Origin: the human T2T-CHM13v2.0 reference genome, Homo sapiens
DNA: 64,000 bases
Direction: 5' to 3' (one strand)
Assembly (NCBI RefSeq): GCF_009914755.1
Contig: NC_060925.1
Shown here: positions 54,839 through 64,000 of the stretch, piece by piece
How positions within the stretch are numbered: the stretch's first letter is position 1
Layout: the number at the start of each line of letters is the position of its first letter
Translations under genes and position numbers: made by a program
Notes under the pieces: model-generated
Told to the model about the DNA's origin: nothing
The model's input: the letters and a program-made list of their open reading frames with translations, nothing else
Databases searched by the model: none

Positions 54839-56919
54839 TCACTGCCTCAGAATGGGCTGCAGCTGTTCAACCTCCACACAGATGAAGAAACTGAGGCTCA
54901 GAGAGGTTAGATCACTTGCCTGGCATCATTAAAAAAAAACAAAAGCCAGGTCTCTGGACTCCTAGCACCAACAATATTTTCTAATTCACATTAATGAGAA
55001 AAGGCTGGTACCTGCACCCCCAGCCATGGATGGGGAGGTGATGGCAGAGATGTACTAAGGGCACAGAAACATCACCTACAGCCTGTCCAAGTACCAACAG
55101 TCACCATGACTGCCCAGTTCTCTTGGCACTAAAAGGCTGCTGAGTTCGAGCCCTGAGTTAAATGAATGCATCACTGGGGCGTTGCCAACTGGTACTATCA
55201 GCCAGAACACAGACAAGAACAGCCGGGAGCAGAGCAAGAGTGAGGCCTCAGCCTGGGGAAGGGGGAAAGGTCTCTGACCTCAGTCTCCTTAACTGGAAAT
55301 GGAAAGCACCGCACAAGCTGAACTCCAGGGTCCCTTCCCAGCCAGAGAATCTGCCTTCTATGGACCCAACTTTCCAGCCCACTTCTGCTGTCAAGTGTGG
55401 TGTGCCTGTGGTCTGGGTTCCCAGGGAGCAAACCTAAAACCAGCCCCTGGCTGCTCCTTCCCTATGACCCTCCACAGCCTGGGAGGTCACCCCCCACCTC
55501 TCATGTCCTCTTCCCACCAGGCCCAGGTCTGAAGTTGGGCTCGTGGCCACTGCAGCTGCCGGCGTTCTTAGATGAAGCGGGAAACACGGGGGAGCAACCT
55601 TACATCCCACTTCATCTCCCTCCACTACCTCCAGGCCACCCTGGACCTCTGATGGGAGGGGGAAGGGGCCCACTACGAGGGGGAACGGGCAGGAGAGAGG
55701 GAGGTGGCAGCCACAAATGCCCCCAGCAGCAGCTGCGTGACTGTGGGAGCTGGGCCTGCAATTAAAATAAACCCCAAAACAGCCTTAAAATAACTACAAG
55801 GCATTTCAAGAAGATTGTATTGTTGAATTTACTGTTTGTTTACTGAGACAATCCGAGTTGGGTTTCAGATGAAAGTAGGAGGGAGACCAGATGTGAGGCT
55901 GAACGTCTGACCTGAAGCATCTGCTGCTCCAGGAGGAACCCAGGAAAAAGGGCCAGCCCAGAGTGAGGCAGTGAAGACTCAGAGACTCAGACCCCTGCCC
56001 AAACCACAGGCTGCCTGGCCCCTCCTGTTCGGGCCCCAGAAAGCCACTTGCCCCATTTACACAGAGCCCAGGGAGGGCTACTGACAGCCACTGTGTCCCA
56101 GAGAGAAGTCTGAGCCACAGAACCACAGAGATGAGAGCTCAAAGTCAGCCATGCCTCCTGGACGGGCCCCTTGGCTGCTCTGAGCATGCTTCCTTGGGAC
56201 AGCAATCACTCCTGCCTTCTGGCGCTGCCGGGAGGAGGGCCTGGGGAGGGCTGGAAAGCCCCTGTAGCATGCTGACACACGGTGGACAATGCTGGCCCAA
56301 CTTTTTGACTTCTCTCTCCAGCTCGTTGGTCCTTTCTTGTAAAGAGGATACTTAGAGCTGAAAACCAACAGCTCCTACCCACACCTGAGGCAGCCTGACC
56401 TTGGAAAGGCCACCCCATGTTCCTGTGGCACCCAGGGTGCCCCCAAATATGGAAGCAGTAATGGAGACCCCTGTTTCCTTACCACCCCATCCAGGCCACA
56501 TGTCTTTGAACTCCTCAAGGTCAGGTGCCAGGTCGAATTCTCCAGATCCCCAGTCCCCAGCCCAAATGTCTGCTGAATGAAGGAGGGAGAAGGCAGGGAG
56601 GGAGGCAGGTCTCCACTCACAGGAGATTCTAAAGGACCTAGATTGTCTCAGCCACTAACAGCTTAAAAAAAAAAAATTCAGATCAAATACGGCATTTGTC
56701 CTTAACGTCTTCATAAGGAAAGGCAAGGAGGGAGACTTCCATCACATAAGCCTCATAGATAGGAACACGGAGGCCCAAAACGATTAAGAAAATGTACTTC
56801 CCTGTCCACAAACCCCTGCTTTTTGGCAGGAAGTAGAGACTATGATCTATGCCACGAGTGTGGTGCCCACCACTCAGTGGCACCAGTACTGGGGTGGAAG
56901 GGGACAGCCACAGACCTCT

Positions 56920-57075
56920 GCTCCTGACAGAGCTGTGTCACCATGGGCAAGATACTTAACCTCTCTGAGCCTCTTCCTCCTCTTGCAAAAGATGAATAAT
57001 AAAGCCCCTCACCTTGACAACATTAAATAACAGAAGGGAAAGTGTTCTGTGAACTGTAGACCACATGGAAATGTG
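56920..57075 (+). mobile_element. MIR
   Basis: GCTGTGTCACCATGGGCAAGATACTTAACCTCTCTGAGCCTC. Confidence 0.75.
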
Positions 57076-59309
57076 ATCCTCAGAAGATGTGATAGTCATC
57101 CTGTTAATATCAGAGAAGGTTTTAAAACTCACGTGGCCAGAAAACAAATCCTATTTGGGGGAATAGGTGTGATGCTCCTACTATCTGCTGAATGAATGAA
57201 TGAATGAAAGACACTCCAAAACCAAAGCCATTCAGGTCATCTGAGTTTATTCTAAGACTGATTCTCCCTACTAAGCAGCAGGAATAAAATATCAGATCTA
57301 ATCCCACAGCTGTCTAAATGAGCAGGGTGAGACGTATCTGAAGATGCAGAATTGACTGTGGACAAGAGCTTTACCCTTCACTGTGCCCAAGGTGAACTTC
57401 TCCACAAGACGGCACACATGTGGCCACTGCCCAACACATCTACCCTGAGCAGACGCTGGCCAGATGATCTCAACCCTGGACACAGCTGGGTCAATGTTTC
57501 CAGGGCCTTCAGCCTGACTGCGCTGATACTATCTGCCAGGGTCAGAGAGAGGATGCAGGCCCCTCTTCTCGGCCTTGGGTCCACACAAGCCTCTGAAATT
57601 AAGTTAAAGAGGAAAACTCCAGCACTCCTCCACTGCTCCGTGATCCACACTGGCAGCTTCTTTTCTGAGTTCGTGGCTGCGTGAAGACGCATGCCCAGCT
57701 GTCAGTACCTAGGCTGGGTTATGAGTAGATGGCATGCTCTTCTCCAGGGCTGCTCATCAGAACCAGGGCTGCAGCCTGAGGTGGGCTGAGATGGGGCCAG
57801 CCACAGTTGTCCAACAAGGCAGAGTTTCAGGGCCTCATCATCTGCTGCCTGCATCTCTGCCACCGCCCCTCACTGGCCGCCCTGCTCCCAGGACAATGCC
57901 AAGTAGGGAGGGATATACTGGCTGGAGCCAGAAAGGGGCCTGGACCCAAGTCAGAGACAAGGGAGAATTCCTGTAAAACTGTGAGTAAAATGGGAGAAGT
58001 GGATGCCACCAGGCTGGACAGTCACAGGCAGCCAAGAAAGAGAGCATTCATATTCTCTCTGCTGACAAAGCAGGGGACTGGACTTCCTGCAGCTTCCACA
58101 GCTCCAGGATGGCTATTTCTTTTCAAGGACTACTAAGGAGAGGCAGGAAAAGGGCTTGAGCCCACCAGTGGTAACCACCCCACAAAGACTTGTGAAGCCC
58201 CCACTTTGCTCTAGGTGCGTGGGACACAGGAGGACCTACCCTTAGGGAGCAGATGGCTCAGAGCTGAGTGCATTCGAGGTTGCTGTGGGTGGGTGGAGCA
58301 ACTGGGACTGAACCCCCTCTCTCCTCCCCCATCCTCTTCTTCTGTAGAGCCATCTGCACCCAGCCAGCAATACGTTCCTGCTCTCGGGGGCCTTCTTTGA
58401 CTGCTTCCCCTCCCTTCCTGCTACACTCTGTGCTGAGTTTATACTACACTAACTTAAACCACTTTGTAGGCTACTTTGCAAGTGTTCTTAATCTTTCAAC
58501 TAATTCGTTGGCTCTTAGAAAATAAAGGAAATTTGAAATTGCTGTGCTGCATGCAATAAACTCTTGGCATCTGGCCAGCGGGGGCCGTTCCAGGCAGAGT
58601 CCGCACCAGCCCTGCACAGATGCTTCCTGTTGTAAAGGTGAGGCACCCCTCTGCCTCTACACAGCCGCTCACCACCGGACTCCGACTCCAACTCCAGACC
58701 CGCTTGCAGCCATGCATTCTTCACTCCTTCAGCCATCCAGCAAGCAGCCGCTGACACAGCTGACACCTGGTGGCAGGTTGTGTGTTAGGCATGAAGGAGT
58801 GGGGGGATGAAAGGTGCATCAGGCACAGTCCCTGCATCCCTGCATCCCCGCGAGGAGCTCACATTCTGGTGGGGGAATGGCCCTCTCATTCTGTAGATGA
58901 CTGAAGTAAGCTGAACATAATCAGAAGAGGGCCTTCCTCTGCAGGTTACCTCTCAATATGTGTCCCCATAAGGGATGCTGAGGCACAGGCAGATGGCAAG
59001 GGCCCTGGCAGAGACCCTAAGTGCTGGCGTTGCAAGTTGGCAGCACTTCGCTTATTAGAATACACCCACGTTCCTGTCTGAACTGATTCTTCAGGGGCAA
59101 TAACGCAGAGCCAAGGGGCAGGCAAGGAGACAAAGGCTTAGGAGAGGCCCTTTCACCATTGGTTAATCTAGGAGGAGCTGCCTTTCATAACAAGTGTGCA
59201 GCAGTAGCTCATTCAATCAGACCAGAATAGGAAGGAAACTCGAAGATTATCTGAGACAACCCTGCCATTTTACCTACAGAGGGACTGTGGCCCCTAACTG
59301 TATGATGAG

Positions 59310-59625
59310 CTAAACAGATGTCCCTGCCTTGAGCTCAGCACCTAGTGAGGGGTCAGAGAGCAATCAAGGAACCATACAAATAATACACGATCAACTCTGT
59401 TAGAGGCACGAAGGGGGTATACATAGGAGAGGAATCAGGAAGTCTTCCCTGTAGAAGCAGCATGAACTGAGACATGAAGAATGAGGAAATAGTGAGCAAA
59501 GGCTGCAGCAAAGGAAGGGAGAGGATTCCAGGTCAAGGGAATGGTCTGTGCAAAGGCACTGAGGCAGAAGGTGGCACCGTGCTTTAGAAGGAAAGGAAAG
59601 AAGGCGAGTTCAGTCCTGGCATATG
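59310..59625 (-). mobile_element. L2
   Basis: TCAGGAAGTCTTCCCTGTAGAAG...GAACTGAGACATGAAGAATGAG...TGTGCAAAGGCACTGAGGCAG. Confidence 0.75.
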
Positions 59626-59879
59626 GAGTCTGGGGTCCCACTTCTGGCAGACACATTCCTGGCTCCCCAACCTGCACTGTGGATATACACCATGAACACC
59701 TCCTGAACATCTACCAATGGCCAGGTGCTCATCCAAGCGCTCACACTCAGTAACCCGCTAACGGGCATCCTCACACCGCGTGAATGTGATTATAACCGCA
59801 GGCAGGCAGTCCCCAGAGCCTGAGCCCCCCAACCAAAGGCCTCCTAACTTGTGGAGCACAATGACCATGAGCAGAGACT

Positions 59880-60090
59880 ATGATGTCAAAGCCTGGGTTC
59901 AAGCTCCAGCCCTGCTTCTGATTATCTGCATGACCCTGAGTGAGTTACTCTATCTCTGCAGGCCTCATCTGTGAAATGGGGAGAATGAGGGCACCACCTA
60001 CCTCAGAGAGTTCTCACGTGGATCACACGAGATCATCCACATAAATCAGCACTGTGTCTGGCACACAGCATGCATCAAGGACGTTAGCAG
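59880..60090 (+). mobile_element. MIR
   Basis: CCTGGGTTCAAG...TGACCCTGAGTGAGTTAC...CCTCATCTGTGAAATGGGGA...TGTCTGGCACACAG. Confidence 0.8.
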
Positions 60091-61369
60091 GTACTAGCCT
60101 TAGCTCTTCTGTTTCTAGCCCTAGCAGAAGACCTGGCACGGGCAGGCATGTGGAATGAAAGAATGACCGAGGTGCCCGGTAAATGCTTGTCAGGAATGGA
60201 GTGTCACAGCACTGAATTGGGTACCCTGGGGAGGTACTGAGCAGCTGTCAAGAGAGACCCTCAAGCACACAGTGGGTGGTCACTTGCTGGGGATGCTGCA
60301 GAAGGGATTTGTGCATTGGGAGGATGTGGACTAGAAGGATGAGGGCTTTGTACAGTCCTTGCCAGGCTTGAGACTCAGGCACTCTCCTGACCCACCCCGC
60401 CTGCCAGAGCTCGGACAATTTTATGGAGCTCAGTTTCTTAATCACCTTGTTCTGCTGGGGCTTAGAGTGGAATCTTTTCCCCAAATTGGACATTTATGGG
60501 GCTGGAGTAGAGATGGAGAGCAGGATGGATGAAGTGTCCACATTCCAGCTGGGAGGTTAAGGGCTTTTGTGTTCCTTCCTTCTAAACTCCAAAGTTCCCA
60601 GCCAGGCCTGGGGGTGTCCATGTCTCCCTCAGATGGGCAGGGCATTCCTGGGTCCATGTCCTCCCCACCCCCAAGATCTCTGCAGTCCAGCTCCTCCTAC
60701 CCTCTCTGGAGGGAGCCAGGCTGCTAGAACCTCAGGGCCTCCCCAGAACTCAACACAGGGCTGGCACCCAGAAGGTGTTGTGTATTTATGGAATGTGTGA
60801 ACCAAATTCAGCCGATTTTCCTAACCCTGGGAAAGCGTGGGAAAGCCTAGAAGCCTCTAGGGGTCTCCCTGCTCCCTCTGACTCCTGGGCTTTTTGTGGT
60901 CAGGACCAGCCTGGGGCCCTTAAGATGGTTCATGGGGACCACTGCAGGTGAGCCTCACTTCACACTGTGAGGTGAAGCAACAAGTAGAGGTCAAAGCCAC
61001 CAGGGTGGGTGGCTGTTCAGAGAATCTTGCTCTCGCCAAAGAAATGGAGGGCCCTCCAGTACCTCCTGAAGCACAGTTTGGTTTCTGTCACTACCTCAAA
61101 TCAAGAACTCACTAGTGCCCACAGGGTCACATCCAGGCTCTTCAGCCTGGCACTCATTCCCTTCTTCCCTGCCATGAATCTCCTTCATACAGCTCCCACA
61201 CCAGCCTGGTGGGCCACCTGCCTCTCCTCTCCTCCTGGCCAGCAGGCTCCCAGCACCCCTACCCCATGACCACCTCTCAGCAGAAGTCCTGGGCCTGCTT
61301 TAGGGCAGGCAAGTGGAGCCTGGCTTGCTGTGTGGCTTCAGGGAATTGGCTCTGCCCAGATCAGTGAAT

Positions 61370-61640
61370 CCACTCTGCCCAGCCCTGAGCTGGAAACAGA
61401 GGACACAGAGAGTCATGCTGCCATCAAGAGACTCACGGGAGGGGAGATAAGCCAGAGCTCTGAGGCTGTGGGGACCCAGAGGAGACACCTGACCTGGGGT
61501 GGAAGTCAGGGAAGGTTTCCTGGAGGAGATGCTGGCAGAGTTCTGGGAGGGACACAGAAGAAAGAAGAGGGTGGGGAGGCATTTCCCCCAGCAAAAAGGC
61601 CATGAGCAAGCAGGTAAAGGTGAAAGACAGCAAGACGGGT
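61370..61640 (-). mobile_element. L2 fragment
   Basis: GTCAGGGAAGGTTTCCTGGAGGAGATG. Confidence 0.65.
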
Positions 61641-61769
61641 GTCCTGGCTGACCTCTGCCAATGCCCAGCTCACAGGAGCACTCCCCATCCAGAGGCCACA
61701 GAGAAGGAGACTAGACAGCATGCAGCTGACCCTACATGCTGCCACACACCCCTGCACCTTCACTCCCTT

Positions 61770-62120
61770 TGGAGCCCGCGGACATACCATTCCTTGTGGC
61801 CGCCCCGCCGCGGAGGACCGCGTCCCCAGAGCGCCGTGGTGTCTGCGCTGCCGGGCGCGATCTGTTATTATCCCCCGTCAGCGCTGCCGGCCTGTGTACA
61901 TTCCTCCGTAATGAGTCTGACCTCCTCGGCAATGTTTAATCAGAGCCTAATCGACCCTGGCTTTGATCTGCTGCATTTTCTGCAAAAACCCTGGTACCTG
62001 ATTTTTACAATCTGATTAGCAGGCTGACTCTCCGAAGCCAAAATTACCCTGAGTTGCAGAGATCCCTGCTGAGTTCTTTGTGTTTTTTCCCCTCTCTTCC
62101 AACAAGTTATTTCCTGAGAC
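61770..62120. promoter_or_regulatory. Small CpG-rich island fused to a motif-dense enhancer-like block
   Basis: About 20 CpGs in 61771-61960. CATTCC 61788, ACATTCCT 61898, CTTTGATC 61961, several TAAT/ATTA cores. Confidence 0.55.
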
Positions 62121-62969
62121 AACTGTCACTTCCCTCCTTGCCTGTGACTGTCTCCCTCACCCTCAGCTTTCACATCCAGTCAGTTGTCAGGTCTCAAATA
62201 GTGGGTCCTAACCCATCCCCTCCTCTCCCCAGCGGCTTCAGCGCTGGCCACCGCTACCACGGTCTGAGGCTCCTGCCCCTGACTGGCCCTTCAATCTGTC
62301 CTCCATCCCGCAGCCAGATCTGCTGGGAGCCGCTGCCACTGTGCTGAGCCATCTGGCCTCAGGAACTGCTCCCTGCTGAGCCCTCCAGCCAGCCTGTGGC
62401 CAGCCCCACCTCAGATTCTCCCCACTCCCTCTCATGCATGGGTTCCGTCAGAAACCTGCCCTCCCCCTCTGCCCCGGCCCTTCATCTAGTTTCATCTCCC
62501 TGTCATCCACCAGGCTGCTCACTGGCCCCTCTCCACTCCCGCAGCCATGATCCCAGCTGCCCACCTATGGCCATTGTTCCTTCCATCTCTCCCACCAGAC
62601 TGCAAAGCCCCTTTAGGAGGTTCTCTCTCATGCTCCACTGTTTCCCCACGGAGCGGAGCTATGACTGCCCTGAAGCTGGGTACTCAGTAAATGAGGGAGG
62701 AAGGAAGGAAGGAAGGAAGATTCCCTTGCAGCCCATTCTGGAGGCCACGCACTGCCAAGTCAGACCGTGGCCCCTTGTTATCTTTCAGCTCCACACGGCA
62801 CAATTCTCCCCTCCGGCTCAGCCTACTCCACTTTCCACCAGCCCCCTAGCCTCTCTGATGGAGGACATTGCTTTGTTCTCATCCGCAGTGCTTTCTCCCT
62901 CCAAAGTGGGAAAGAAGGTTAGGAAAGAGAGCAGAGGTCCTTGTGAGCACAGGAGAATGGTCCTTGCTT

Positions 62970-63390
62970 GGTTGGTGGCAGACCCTGAGCTGGACCCTGG
63001 AGGCACAGATGAATCAGATCCTCTCCCTCTCCTTGGGAAGCTCACAGACTGTGGGGGGAGGCAGCGAGGGAAGCAGATAAACTGGAATGCAGGGAAAACA
63101 GTGCTCATCTCTGGCCAGGGGAACTGACTCTGCTTGAAAGATACAGGAAGGAGTCCAAGAGGGAGCATCTGAGCTGGGTTTAAGAGAGAAATAGGAGCTC
63201 TCCAGCCAAGAAAAGAGTGACCATGCAAAGGCACAGAAGCATGAGAACGTGTGACGGGTTCAGAGGATGGGAAATGTTCCAGGTGGCCTAAACGGTGGCG
63301 GGGGTGGGGCAATAAGTTTGCTGTGGCCAGATCACCAAGGGCCTTGTCCACCATGCTAGGGAGATGGGACTGTGGCCTGCAGGATCACCG
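62970..63390 (-). mobile_element. L2
   Basis: GGAAGCTCACAGACT...CATCTGAGCTGGGTT...CATGCAAAGGCACAGAAGCATGAGA...GGCCAGATCACCAAGGGCCTTG. Confidence 0.7.
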
Positions 63391-63499
63391 TGTCCATCAC
63401 CTAACTGAACTTCCTGACAGTGTCGAGCCCTTTCTTTGCCCTGGTACACAGTGGATTCCAGAGCTGTGTATAGGAGGCTCCCAAGAGCTACTCCACTGC

Positions 63500-63600
63500 C
63501 AGTGAAGCCACTGAGGCTCAGAGAGGCCAAGTAACTTCGACGAGGTCACACAGCCTCCGAGGGGCAGAGCATGGACTGGAACCCGGAATCTCCTGAAGTT
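63500..63600 (-). mobile_element. MIR core
   Basis: ACTGAGGCTCAGAGAGGCCAAGTAACTT...GAGGTCACACAGC. Confidence 0.75.
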
Positions 63601-64000
63601 AAGGAAAGGTTTTCCCAGGATGAGGCAAACGAGAGAATCACTGTGGGAGCAGAACCAGAGCCAGGCAGGAGAGCTGGACTTGGAAGGGGCCGCTTGCCTC
63701 TTGGGCAGAGGAGGACGGAAGTAGTCCCAGCTCCCAAGGCCCTTCATACCCTGCAAGGCACCACCCGCCCACCTGGGTCTCTCAGACATTTTTAGGGGGT
63801 GGGCAGTGGAAAGAAAGAAAGAGTCTCCTAAGGGATTCCCATGGAGTTCTTTCACTAATTATTTACTCCCAGTCATTCCAAGGACAACATCTATCACCCG
63901 GTCCAACCAGCCCGCCCCGCTTCACCAAGCCCGTGTCAGGCCTCGCACAGTTGAGCCCCCACAATAACTCCTCATGGAAGACCCGAGTACATCCCCGCTC

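Noticed and set aside
58850-58875. GAGGAGCTCACATTCTGG resembles mature miR-28/708
   Set aside because: It is the shared L2 source sequence and no complementary arm is adjacent.

Overview
This is primate (almost certainly human) non-coding DNA, either intronic or intergenic. It is moderately GC-rich and packed with old repeats: MIR, L2, L3/CR1, L1M-type LINE fragments, hAT/MER5/MER20 and Tigger DNA transposon fossils, MaLR and ERVL LTRs, and 9 Alu/Alu-monomer copies. I recognise no protein-coding gene, tRNA, rRNA or CRISPR array. The only ORFs with real homology are decayed L1 ORF2 and Tigger transposase pieces, and the 593-aa ORF is a by-product of a ~1.6-kb GT-rich minisatellite. The features most worth a second look are: (i) that minisatellite, which is built from TDP-43-ligand-like GTGTGAATGA units; (ii) a well-formed plus-strand donor/acceptor chain at 29.6-30.4 kb that looks like exons of a spliced non-coding transcript; and (iii) a series of repeat-free, motif-dense islands, including a CpG-rich one at 61.8 kb, that look like distal enhancers of a developmental gene outside the window. 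I cannot support a claim of a new biological system from sequence alone. Repeat boundaries and subfamilies were called by eye from remembered consensus motifs and are approximate.
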